Source: Epiperipatus broadwayi (Eukaryota; Animalia; Onychophora). From it: a stretch of 64,000 nucleotides of DNA. The stretch covers positions 11,284,001 through 11,348,000 of the forward strand of contig JAQFVV010000005.1 of the NCBI GenBank assembly GCA_028023455.1, given 5' to 3'. The position numbers and the translations under genes are program-made. Shown piece after piece: positions 51,150 to 63,850 of this stretch. The notes below the pieces were generated by a model that saw nothing but the letters and a program-made list of their open reading frames with translations, was not told the DNA's origin and searched no databases. The number at the start of each line of letters is the position of its first letter. The stretch's first letter is position 1.

Positions 51150-51626
51150 ATAGTTATATATAGAGCTTGCAAAACAAGCTCTTAACAAGCTTGTTTTGCG
51201 AGCTCTATATGTAACATTTGTAAATACAAGCTTTATTAAAATTAAGTCATGTGACATCTGGCTTGATTTTTTATCATTTTATTTTTTGCTATTAAGGCTT
51301 TGGCGATTTTATATTGCTAAAGCTATTAATATATGGTGTATCTGAACTTAGTTCAGTCCTATGTGGCTATTTGAGTTAGATAGCTGGATTTTTAGACATA
51401 AATGTTTGAAAATTTCAGATTTTCTTCTCAATAGTTATACATTAGATAAAATGCTGGGCTTGTCCTAGTATTTTTGATCTAATGATATCCTGGCATCTCA
51501 CTGACAATGCCAGAAGCAGAAACCGGTCTGGGGTTGAGGATATTCTCAAAGCTTGTTTTGTGAGCTCTATATATAACATTTATAAATACGAGCTTTATTA
51601 AAATTGTCATGTGACATCTGACTTGA
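51150..51626 (+). mobile_element. Family C HHR-bearing tandem repeat (about 362-bp unit, 1.2-1.3 copies) with a short 5-prime inversion
   Basis: AAGCTTGTTTTG.GAGCTC at 51187 and 51549. Shares CTGAACT.AGTTCAG and TCATGTGA with family B. Hairpin at about 51155-51210. Confidence 0.75.
51484..51545 (+). ncRNA. HHR motif C1 (G8 changed to A, probably inactive)
   Basis: GAUAUCCU GGC AUCUCA CUGACAA UGC CAGAA GCA GAAA CCGGUC|UGGGGU UG AGGAUAUU. All three stems pair. Confidence 0.75.
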
Positions 51627-52199
51627 GAATATGATAAAAAACTGAATTTTTCAGAGCCTGGTTTTGGAGCACCCTTATGAATTATCCAAAATAAATACAT
51701 TATACAGACAGTGGTTTCTGGGAGAAAATAAAAACGAGTTAAATTATGAAAAAAAAAATGTTTATTTTGCATCATCTAATAATATTAAATGAATTTCTTT
51801 TATAATACTTTTCTTGTTTCATGTTAAAATTAGCAATGTTAAATCTAACCATTGATTATTAATTTAAAATTATTTTTTTTAAAAATTGAGTAGTTGGGTC
51901 TTATGCTAAAAGAATAAATCAAATTAGAAAACAAACTAGTAACCCACAATCTATTTTTATTTGCAACCTCCTTTCTTAGACAGAATTTCTATGTGATCAT
52001 AAAACTTTTTGATTAATAAAGAAATACAATGGAACACAAAATGTAAAAAATAATTTTAATATATTCATATATAATTTAGATTTATGTAAATACATATAAA
52101 TTTTGCATATACTATTGCACCAATAACCTGCAGAAACTACCTTTTAAAATAATTAATGAGTGAAACTTTCACAAAGTTATATATAAAGTAGATAAGAAT

Positions 52200-55100
52200 G
52201 GAGATGGAATCTAAAAAATAGATTACATTTCTCAATCACTTCTACAAAATAAACACTGTGGATTCAAAATAGACTTTATCACTCAGAAGTAATTTATTTT
52301 AAATAGCAAGGTTTATTCAGACACTAACTTTTCATTTGTTTGTGAAAAAATGCTGAATGGACCAATTTTATATCCTATATTTCCAAATTCTTGATAACAC
52401 TCAGTGGTTAAGCATTTTCTCTAAAGTAACATCTCTTTTATAAACATGGAACTGATAAGGGCTATTGTGCATATTTGAAAAAAAAGAAAAAGATATAAAA
52501 TAGCACTGACAATGTAAATTTAATAAACTAATAGCCATTTGTTTACAAGAACTCAAACATACAAAGTTAAAAATAATTACTTAAAAATAAATTCATACAC
52601 TAGTTAAGCATATAAAAAATAAATAATACACAAAAATTAAATATTGACTTATTAAGGCCTTTTCTATTTTGATAATGTTTTTAAAGAAAGTGTCTTGCCA
52701 TGGTACATATTTTATAACTTCCATTACTGATCAGCATGGGGTAAAAGTGATCTCTCTTCTTCCAATTTATTTAAATTTTTCATTTCCAAAAATAATAGAA
52801 GGCATATAGTTTTCATAGGCATTGCAATTAATCCAGGTTTATGGCATTAAAGTCAAGCCCAGGTAGGTTTAAGAAGATTATTACATAATTTTGACAGGCT
52901 ACTACAATTTAAATTAATCAGCAATGCATTTTCTGTGGTTGTATTAATAATTACAATCCGTAAATCAAAAGTTTCTGTTTCTCACAAGGATAATTTATAT
53001 TTAATAAATAATTTCTTTTTAACATAACTTTATATTTTTGAGCCCCAGTCATAGTTCACAAAGAAAAAAGTTTCTTCTGCTCTTTTTAATAATTAAAGCT
53101 TCAATGATTTTTTTAATTCTCCAGACAAGCACTAAAGAAAATAATGTGATACCTCCTTCTGAAGCGTTTTTTTAAGAATTTTTCTATATTTTTCTTTCTT
53201 AAAAAAAAATACACAATAGATTAGTAATTAAAAATACATAATAATTTGGAGACTAAATTTTTTTAATCTTTTAATTACTATTATAAATCAGATTTGGAGA
53301 TTCATTTTTTATTATCTACAAATCAGATCAAATTAAGTTTTTTTTTAAAAAAGAAAAAAATGTTGAACTCTCTTGTTTAATCATTCTTACATATATTAAA
53401 TTCCTCTATTAAAATTTATTTTCATAAAAGTTATGCTTTATATCTTCTTGTTTATTTACCAAATCTATTCACACATACATTTACATGCAAAAAATACTAT
53501 TAAATCATTGTATTTTCCTTTCATTCAATTAGTATTATTAATTTTGAAATAATTTCTATAACCCAATACATGTTTTTATACCAAATATGTATTGCCGATT
53601 GACCACCTTTTCAGCACTTCTACTGCCAGTATTACATATTCTTTTCCCCATTTAGAAAATGAGGCAATAAAAACAAATATTTTATTTTTCATTCCATCCT
53701 TTCCATATCTTATTTTATGGTATAGTTTTCTTTCCACATTCATATTTTTATAGATTAAAAAAGTAAACTCTACACATGGAAATTTTTATTAATAAATGCT
53801 ACACCACTGCCAGACCTCTGTCCACATTGGTTATTCATGTGCGTAATTACTTATTACAAGTCAATTTGAGCTATCTGCCAGATACCAATGATGAGATACA
53901 ACAAAGTAATACCAGATGATGAACACATTAAAAGTTTAGGGGCTATATTCAGTTCTCAAACTTACACTGAGTCTATACCACAAAGATAGCTTTATAACTC
54001 CTATATATTTCTTAATAATGATAAACAGACAAAATCACTGACTGGGATATGCAGATAGAATCATACTTTTACTGGGTAAGCATTTGTAATAAATGAAGGA
54101 ATTGTTTCCCTTAATCACCATATATATCAAGTAACTACACTGTTCCAAGCTAGAACAAACATTAACCCCATATTACAAACACTCATTACTCATATGAATT
54201 GTTCAAACGATCACAGAGCCTAGTATAACATTCAGTTTTTATTTTGTACTGCAGTAGTACTTAAAAAAAACTTTGTTGCACTTGTTATCTAGAAATAGTA
54301 TAAAAATCATCATATGAGAAAAAAATACTACATGTAACATTGTCAAAATCACTAATATCATACATTATTAGAGTTTTTTTTTTTTAAATAGTCCTTTATC
54401 CTTTTTCATAGTCTGGTATCATCAACATTTCAGACTTTTCATATTCAGTTAAGTTTTAATCTTTATCTCTTTTTCAATATTTCATGAATAATACTGGTGA
54501 TCCTATTTTAGATGACCAGAAATTTTTCTTTTTTCATCTCAACAACAGGATCATAGCTACATCCAGCTATAGGTAACACATATTTGGTTGAGGCTTCATA
54601 CCTTTTTTAATTCTAGTTTCATTTCCACTTTAGTCTAGTCTTATTTTGCTTCTGATTTCTGCTTGACTAATGTCTTTTTCAAGGCTTCTATGATATATTT
54701 TTCTTTTGTCTTTGTTCTCTATTTTCTAAATCCAGAACATTGATGTAAGCTTGTTCACAAGTTTTTTCAGTTTGCATTTTTGACTGGTTATGCATACTTG
54801 TATCCATTGCATTTAGGAGTTCATCTACTTGCTGACTCTCACATATTGCTTTTTCATAGTCAATTTTTAAATCATTTAACTTTGTAGATTCTTCTTCTAC
54901 ATTTTCTTCTATCTCATTTATTAATTTCTCATTCTTTATCACTTACATATTTATCTTTTTTGTCTTTTGCACTATATTTTTTTGCTTCACTTTCAGTTGA
55001 TTAAGTCTCTCCTTACATTTCTCAGAGAATGTTTCTATCATATTCTTATTTTCTTGCCTTATTTTTTCACAAACTTCTGTAAACATTTGTTGAGTTTTGT

Positions 55101-55330
55101 CAAAGTTTACATCATTTTTTTGTTGCCACTTCTTGAGAATTTGTTTCATTTCCTGTTGGCTTTCTTTAATTAAGTCATACAAAATTTTTATATCTACCAT
55201 GAATGGGTTACCTCAGCAGATTTGACTTTTGTTTGTTCCAGCTCTAACTTTGTTTCTATTCTGCCTCTTGCATCAGTAGTTTCTGTATGGTTGGCTCTTT
55301 TTCCATTATTTTCTTTATTGGTTTGACGAT
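52200..55330 (-). mobile_element. Decayed LINE: coiled-coil ORF1 and APE endonuclease relic
   Basis: ORFs 54943-55200 and 54688-54942 form a frameshifted coiled coil ending LDLENREQRQK (like LENRSRRNN). Downstream GSGVAFINK (about 53790) and LDFNA (about 52850) are APE-like. Confidence 0.65.
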
Positions 55331-56526
55331 CATCTAATTTATATATGTTTATTACTATTATTTATTTGGCTTATGCAGAGAATAAAGAAACAATATAACC
55401 CTTTTACTATTATATAAAGTCAGATACACAGTTTAGTGCACCAACCCTTACTATAAACATACAAATATCTCCGGAAATATTTTAACTTACCTGAACTCAC
55501 ACCTATGCTAATTTTAACCCTTTTGTCTACATACTTTCTCACTTTTATAGATTTTTAACACTAATACCAAGTGCCAGTCTCATCTTTCACTTTAAATAAC
55601 ACTTTTCCTATTTCATAGTACTTATTTAAATAAACTATATATATATATATAATTAAGGCACATACATATAACAGTACCATTAATGTATTTCCATAAAACT
55701 ATAATGTATTAAAAAAAAATTTATTTATATATCCATTAAAATTTAATCACTTTTTACATTTAATTTTTTCAGGGTGTACTCATATATATATATATCAGAA
55801 AGTATGCCATGCTTAGGTCACTATTTTTTGTCCTGAATTCTCAGGTAAAAATGGATTAAATATGCCACAGTGTTCTTTGCAAATAAAATATTTTAAATTA
55901 CCGAATAATATTAACAAGTATTTTAAAACAAAACATTTCATTTGTTTATAAATTTAAACATAAATTACAAATTTAATATAATCACCTTTTTCTTTATTTA
56001 TTCATTTATCCTTATAATAAACAATATTTAAATTTAAAATGTTGAATAAAATATTACTATTTTTAAAATAACATTCCTATAAATTTTAGATATAAATCTA
56101 CACGCACATCCATATATTTTATGTATCAAAGCAAAGTTTTGCTAACTACTCAAAATTGTTCTTAAAATAAATGTAAGGTAATACAAATGCGACTTTATTA
56201 TTATTATAAAATCATTTATTCACATATAAAATCTTATATGTTTTAATAGTGCATTGTTTATTATTTTTTTAATTAATGTGTCTCAACAAAAGATTAACTT
56301 TATAACAACTTTATCACAAATTCAAAATTTGATACAAAATTCCTCACTTTTCAAAAATTATAATATATAGATGACATATTGGAAATGTGAGGATCATTCA
56401 TATAAAATATTCAATTTTAATAATGTCATATCGCAATAAGCTACTAAAAAATTTAAATTATACTTATTATTCTGGTCATTATATATTACAATATGTAAAT
56501 TCAACTATGTATTTTTTTTTTCATAT

Positions 56527-56621
56527 GTCATAGCATTGGCCGGGATGCAAACCACACCCGTCTGCAACCAACTACTTGCTTGCAAGGCAGGTGCGATGAC
56601 CTCTCGGCTAACAACGCTTGC
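56527..56621 (-). mobile_element. tRNA-derived SINE-like head (Cys-like anticodon loop TTGCAAG)
   Basis: Minus strand TAGCCGAGAGG (A-box), CCTGCCTTGCAAGCA, GGTTTGCATCCCGGCCAATGCTATGAC (B-box). Does not fold into a clean cloverleaf. Confidence 0.65.
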
Positions 56622-57644
56622 ACTATTTCTGAGGTACAATTGAAACTTTGTTATAATGCTAAATGTTAACAAGTAAATATATACATTGAGGAATACAGTA
56701 CATATATAATCACGTTTTATCTTGAAAATCATCAATTTATATAAAAATTTTAAATTCTGTTCAATCTAAAAATAGACTGATGTCTTAAATTACGTAGTTG
56801 TTTTAGATTATTACGTATTCTCTCGAGGTGGGCTGGAAATTTTTAGTACCTGTAACTATAATAAAATTAAAAATATAACTTCTAATTTTAGTTCATGTTC
56901 TGCTGTTTTGTTTTATTTTGTGGTGTCAATTATTATAAATGAATATGATGTCCTTACCAGCTTTACAATATTAAACACACTCCATAAAAAGTAGAAATGA
57001 TTTGCAACCAAATCTTATACAATAAGATTACTGTATATTATTATTACTACTATCATATGTTATTAGGTAGACAAACTTTTGGCAATATATGAATCACATT
57101 TTGCTTCAACCATAGTATTTTCAAAATTGTGTACAATAATTCTAAAAATAAAATGGTAAGATCATTAAAAAAATTAATATTCTGGTCAGATTACTCAAAT
57201 GGTGATGGTATAGAATCTACAATTATAAGATCACAATTTCATTGAATTGAATATACAAAGCAAATTAATGGTTCAGTCTTCCTAAAAACTATTTTATGGT
57301 CAAATTAAACATAGTGTAACTTGAAATAGATTTAAAAAAAAATGCAATAGTGATTGCTTTGATTAGGAATATATAATAGATGATCGAATACAATTACCCA
57401 TTCAGTTGCAATTTTTTATTGGCCAAGTGAGGTAAAACTCTAAACTTTTAATTAGCCAATTACAGAATCAGCAGTAAAATATATATTCATCTTTTAATAT
57501 TATATTCGTTTTAGTTTCATTTGTAAAAAGCAAATTAATAATTTGTCAGAATATGAAAATGAATTTAAGTTTTTTCAAAAATAAATTTCTGTTTATAATT
57601 ATAAAAATATTTTATAGCGGCAAATTTAAAAAGAACGTCAATGA

Positions 57645-57960
57645 TTTTCTTTCTCAATTTACGTTTGTGTAAAAGTAAATAATTTTACTTAAAATCTTAT
57701 TATTTTCCTAAAATAATTGATATTTTCAGCATATTTTACCAAAATACATTATAATATGTAAATAAATGCCAGCAAAATATTCTAAAACATTAATTTTTAT
57801 TTGAAAATCAAATAAAGAGCTTGGGACAATGTAAACTGTTGATAGGTATAAAAATTGTTGTTAGCGCTGGTTTCTTTTTCAATTTACGTCCCCGTAAAAG
57901 TATACAATTTACTAAAATCTTACTGTTTTTTCTAAAATAATTATGTTTTCAGTATCTTTT
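57645..57960. repeat. Diverged direct duplication (about 90-bp blocks, about 225 bp apart) in a probable non-autonomous DNA element
   Basis: TTCT..TCAATTTACGT..GTAAAAGTA..AATCTTA..CTAAAATAATT..TTTTCAG at about 57650 and 57875. Confidence 0.5.
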
Positions 57961-58219
57961 ATGAAAATAATTCATATGTCAAAAAATACCTTTAAAACAT
58001 TCGTTTATATATATCAAAAACATTCGTTTAACCTTTTTCAAAATGAAACAAAGAAGTTGGAGCGGTAAAATTATTGACAAGCGATCTTCAGCCAATCAGC
58101 GTAAATGAAGGACCTCCTTCCAGTGTTAAAACTAAACTTTGAATAGTATTGATTTTTTACTTGTAAAATAATTCAAGAGAGGGCAGCATGTTACGGTACA
58201 TTTTTTTTTTTTTTTTTTT

Positions 58220-59307
58220 AAGTTAAGTGCGGTGAATAGATATAGTTATTTGGGAATTATTTTAAGTAATCAGAAAAATTGTTTGGATGAATGGAAGAAA
58301 AAATTGATAAATGAAGCAAAGAAAAGAAAGGGATTGATAAAGAAATTAACAGTGTTTTCATATAATAAATATGATGTAGCTAGTAAAGGGATATTAGATT
58401 ACTTAGAAAAAGTACAAAGGGAAGTAGGAAGACATGCATTGGATGCAGATATATGGACAGCAGGGGAGACAATTCAAGGAGAAATGGGATGGTCAAGTTT
58501 TTATATGAGAGATGCAAAAAGTAAAATGAAAATGTTTGGTAGATTGCAGTTTATGGATAATAAAAGAATAGCCAAAATAGTATTCAATTGGGTTACGAGT
58601 AAAGGGCAGGCAAGAAGATGGGTGAGAAAGGTAATGTGGTATGCAAAAGATTCGGATAAAGAATTTATATCAGTATATTTGTACAAAAGATGGGATGATT
58701 GTGTTAGGAGGATTGTTGAGTGTTATAGTGGTAAGGAATGGGATAAAAGAATAGATTTATTAATAAAAAATAGGGAAATAAAGAAATGGAAAACTAGTAT
58801 GGAGAGTAAAAAGAGTTTAAATATATATAGAAGTAAACAGAATATTGGGTGCGAGTTAATATATGATAATAGTAAGGAAAATAGTTTATTGTTTAAGGCT
58901 CGAACAGGATCTTTAGCAACAAGAGAATATACATGTAAATGGAAAAATATGAGTGATTTAGTCTATAAATTGTGTAAGGAAGGAATAGAAAATATTAGGT
59001 ATCTGTTAATTGAATGTAAATGCTTGAAAACAGAAAGGGTATATATAATAAAGTTATGGAAGAATAAATATGAAAAAAGTGATTATACAGAAAGTGGATT
59101 ATTGTTTTTTATGCTGGGTTTGGATAAAGATAAGGGGGATTTGGATATAAAGGCCATGGAGTTGACAAAGATTATGTTGTGGAAATGAGATGGAGCAGAA
59201 TATGGGAAAACTTAGAGTGGGGAATGAAAAATAAAGTGGCTAACATGTTTCTCTGGGTATAATTGCTGAGAGATTTTTGACTTCGTTTAAGGAGAAGCCA
59301 CAGTACA
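58220..59307 (+). mobile_element. 5-prime-truncated non-LTR retrotransposon: RT thumb/C-terminal region with CCHC-like zinc finger (ORF 58232-59188)
   Basis: YSYLGIIL, LEKVQREVGRHAL..GEMGW, LLFKARTGSL, (C)KLCKEGIENIRYLLIEC. The 3-prime end carries ACATCACATCAC. The ORF is open for 318 aa, so this copy is relatively young. Confidence 0.88.
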
Positions 59308-59559
59308 TCACATCACAAAGCTTTAAAATAACCGTAAATTCTTTACCGTAGCGTTAAAAATGACGGAGTTTGAGCGACTTGAAGCCGTGATCGTTTTTAA
59401 CTGGACAAGGAAAAGAAAGGGTATGAATAAAATTGAGCAAAATGTTGAAGTCTTTCAAAAAGGGGAGGTTTTACTGCATAAGTTAAAAGATTGCATCACA
59501 ACATTTAAATAAACATATTAACAAATAAGCATGTAATATATGTGAATATACTGTAGTTC

Positions 59560-62110
59560 ATAGATTCATTTATAGAGACATTGCCAATCTCAGCTTTAGT
59601 ATATTATTATTGTGGTTCTTTTGTCTTTCTACTTTCTTTTAAATCAGAATGCAGCTACTCATTTGTAAATAACTGTTTCTGTTAATAGTGATATGAGAGT
59701 AGTTTGGCATATTAATAAAATTTCTAAGAAAAACATAAAATAATTATCAATATCAAATCAAAAATACAAAGTTAAAAAGATAGAGATTCTTCTTAGAAAG
59801 GATTGTCACAGAAGGAAACATTAAATTCTGTATACATTTTAGTGCAAAATTAGAGTGAGATTCAATAATTTAAAAAGATTACACTTCACTTTAATCTATT
59901 CACTATTAAAAAAATAAAAGGTTTTATGAATGTTTATATTATATAATGAACAAATATATTACTTTTATCACACTGCAAAATCTCAATTTGCATCAAGTTA
60001 TTCCAAATTATTTTTTAAACATTTTAATGTTTTGCTACTTGTAATTTTTTGCCTTGAAATTTGTAATCTAAGATTATTTTATGAAAGAAATAAATAATCT
60101 CACTTTCCAACTCATGTTTGCATTAATAATTATGATTAATAACTTCCACAGTGACTAAGCAGTGGAAAACAAATGGTTTTTCACAGTAATTTAATATACA
60201 ACTATTCATATAATAATATAAAATAAAATAAAAACAATATTGATATCAAACCTTAAGTGTTCATATATTGTTCTGCATGAATATCTAATTTGATTTTTGT
60301 TAGATGGCCATGTATAGTACAAAAAGCTCCTAAGGTCAATATTCTTCTCCAATAACAAGCTACTTTTAGATATCTTCTTTCTCTTTGTGTAAATTGATTT
60401 TGCTTCTCTTTTTAAAACTGTTTTTTTTTTTTTTGACTATCTGAAATATTAAATCTTAACCAAACTGGCTGTTTACTAATTGATACATTTATTAATTCTG
60501 TTTTCTTTTTTTGTTAATAATTTATTCTTTTCACAGTCCCTTCTTTTTTAAATATATTTTAATTAGTATGTTTCTCTTTAGATTATAATTAAAGATGTAA
60601 TGCCATTAATTAATTATCCCTTTGTAAACATAAAGCCTTCATATAACTTTGTGGCTCAGCTTAAAGTGACTTTCTTGCAATTATTTGTATTTTGTTTGAC
60701 ATATATTGATTTCAATTAAAATCTTTAGATCTCAGCATTGTACAGAAAAAGTGAAGTTAACAAGATTTCAAGCAATAATCCATTGTTTTCAAAAGAAATA
60801 CATTACACTTTCAAAAGCTTAATTTTTTTTTTGTTTAAATGTTAACATTGAAAATCATCAGTTCACTGAAGTTTATTTATATATTCAATTTTATAAAATT
60901 TAATGTTAAGATGATAACTGTTTATACTTCTTCTATGCAGAATGTAATAAATGTAATAAGTGCGCTTATATGAAACTTATTTTTTGATAACAATATGAAG
61001 ACTGCATGGAACAGCCAAAACTGTAATGAATAATAAACATTTTTTTGCTGAAAAGTGAAATGTGTAAGATTTTTGAAATTCAATATTAAATATGTTGTTA
61101 GACTGAGATTTTAGAAAAATATAAAAGAATTACATGGCAAAGGAAATGCAAACAGGAAGTTGTCATTGTTTAAAAAAAAGACAAAGAAATGTCTTAATGA
61201 ACAACACAGCTGTTATTTTTCTTTTTTTATTATTATAAGTAAAAATTTAAATTTTAAGATATAATTTTATTGCTTTATTTCTTTTTTACAAATTTTTATT
61301 TTAGTCATAGATAGAATTGGAACAGAAATAAAGATTATTTCATTCCTAATATATTTTTGATGCCTCAAGCTAAAAGATAAAACTTATTGTTCTGATTACA
61401 TATTTCATTTTATTATTTTTAAGAACATCTTTTGTTTTTAGTCTTACATTTGTTCTAATATTTTTAAAAATGCAAAATAATAAAGATAAATTTGTTAAAA
61501 TAAAGAAAGTGTGAAATCACATGATCACCATTTCTAATGCTAGCACATCTGTTATTAACAAAGGCAAAACTCTCCATACAGTTGTGCCACCCAGTGCCAA
61601 CCATAGTAATCAAATGGCATTGATTACTCTGGTTGGCATTGGGTGGCACTACTGTGTGGAGAGTTTTGCCTTTGTTAAAGTGTGAAATGTTATCCAAACG
61701 GCCTCTAAAAACTGGCAAAAAAAAATATAGTCAAAAGATATTGTTTTACATAATAAAGAATTTCTGCAATGTATAGCAATACTTTCTCCTACTCTAAAAC
61801 CTTAAAGATGTTTATGTTAAACAAAGTAGTTAAGTATAGTCTCCTGTAATTTCTACTCATCTTTATTGCTTTTGTATGCATTTCTGAATGATGCATGACA
61901 TTGTTGTTTCTACTAATTTTTTTTCATCTGAGCTTTATCAACTTCTACTAATACTTTTTTCTGTAATAGTTTTTTTTTAGGAGATCATACAAACTAAATC
62001 TCCAGTATATTGCTATTTTGATTTTCTGATTCCTTGCCTCTTCTATTACCTATTCTTCAGTTTAATAGTTTTCTACTTCTCAGAGTGTTATTTATTACTT
62101 TGTAACCAGA
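59560..62110 (-). mobile_element. Decayed LINE: ORF1 and APE relic, related in type to 52200-55330
   Basis: LYDLLKK-like coiled-coil start (about 61990); PVWLRF..VLKREAK (about 60400-60470); INMPNYSHITINRN..CILI (APE-like, about 59650-59720). Confidence 0.45.
61506..61688. mobile_element. Short foldback insert of a diverged family-B-like repeat, 12-bp TSD, no HHR included
   Basis: AAAGTGTGAAAT at 61506-61517 and 61677-61688. CACATGATCACCA..GGCAAAACTC..GTAATCAA matches family B. Arms about 61555-61614 and 61620-61676. Confidence 0.8.
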
Positions 62111-63099
62111 CTTAAAGTATTTATGAATATATTGTTTATGCTTTCAATACCTTCAAACTATTTTCTATATTTTTTTTTACCTCAGTTTAGAATTAAAACT
62201 GCATTTTTGTTAGCATTAGTAGAGAAAGATAACTTCCTAAATATCTATTTAACAATTCTGGGGAATTCCCAATTGCAGTTTAGAAAATGTAAGTTATTAG
62301 AACACTGTGCATTCACATATCAATGTGTATTTATGAGATTAAATTACATAAAAACTTGCTTAAGTTATTGGGTTTTTTTTCTATCAGTTCATTAAATTCT
62401 AAATAATATATAGAAATTAATATTTTTTTGATTTTTTCAAAAGTAAAAGCTGCTTCATTATCCATTACAATCATTTCTTGAAAACTATATGTAATTTTTT
62501 TCAATTTGAAGTGATCTTACCTACATTGATAATTATTATCTTATGATTTCTACCAAACATGAATATGAATTTATTACCATAAGAAAAACAATCCTATTTT
62601 TTTGCCACGGTTTCAACATTTTCGATCATAAACATTATTTTTCAGGTAAGTTAGTTTTGTCATGACAATTCTCATATTTTTAATATATCTTTTGAAATGG
62701 TGATTAAAGTCACCCATCTAACATATATATTTATCATTCATATAGTATATATTTTTCTTGAAAGGTTTTTTTTTTTTTTTGTATGTGTGTAATATTACAG
62801 AATTCCTGTGTGATATAGAAATTGAGCTAGTGATCTAAAACTTTATTGATCCATCCCTAATTTTTTTCATTATAAAATATATTGAGTGATTTGTTGAACA
62901 AGTAAACGTATTGAATTTATTAAATTATTTAATAATGTTCAAATATTTGCTATCAGGAAGTGAGGAAGAAAATGATATCATGTATCCTTCTATAAAATGC
63001 TACAATTTGTATGACAGCAACTGTGTAATTATAAGTGTTGACTGCTATTGGAAAAATCAACAGTCCACTTCCAGCAACAGTATTCTTTCAATTCAATAG

Positions 63100-63850
63100 A
63101 AAATTACTATAGATGACAACAGTAAAAGGAAAGAGATAGTTGGATGACCTTTTGTGAGAAATAGATAGCATATTAAGCCTGATGTGAAGATTATTGCTGG
63201 ACAAAGAAGGTGACACAAAATCATTTTGCCTTAATTATTCTTTCTTTCATTGTAAAATAATGGTTATATTGTGCTAAAATGCAGAATACAAGAAGCTATA
63301 ATAATAAAAAATATATAAAGGCTAAGCGCTTTCAGGAATATCTTGTTCCAATATTCATAGCATATGATGGAAATGTTGGTAAAACATTATGTCTAAACAT
63401 AGTGTATGCAATGTATTTAAATGGCCAATTTTTTAGAAATGGAAAAGCAGGATTCCTTCTTATTGATGGTGTTGGCATTATCTGCTATAAAGCATGCCTC
63501 TTTTACCTCACATTTTATATCGTTCTGCTCCATGCAAAGTATTTCTGCTGATGTGGGTGCAATTACTGACTATAAAAAATTATTATATAGTATTAACAAT
63601 TACAATCCATATACAGATGATTATTTTTGATTTTAACTGACAAATCAATTCAGTTTATAAATGCATGGTTACAAAAAAAATATAGGTTGCATGAAACAAT
63701 TTTTTTTTTTAATTGTGGAAAATACAAATTTTACCACACTGGTTTTCATCTTTTATTCATAGAAGTTGTCTTGTCTTGATAACAGATTGAAGATTGATTA
63801 CTGATGATATGCTTGGGTTATTATGATGTAATAAAGTTGTATGTACTAAA
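63100..63850 (+). mobile_element. Decayed LINE ORF2 relic (pre-RT/RT)
   Basis: KRDSWMTFCEK (like AKRxSWxxFC) at about 63130-63160, RNGKAG..IDGV (like KNGKAxGxDGI) at about 63435-63470, TDDML at about 63800. Confidence 0.45.

Noticed and set aside
63410-63590. Minus-strand exon-like frame SVIAPTSAEILCMEQNDIKCEVKE.. after a TTTTTTATAG acceptor
   Set aside because: The plus strand carries LINE ORF2-like motifs over the same region, and no partner exons were found. Not fully excluded without RNA-seq.
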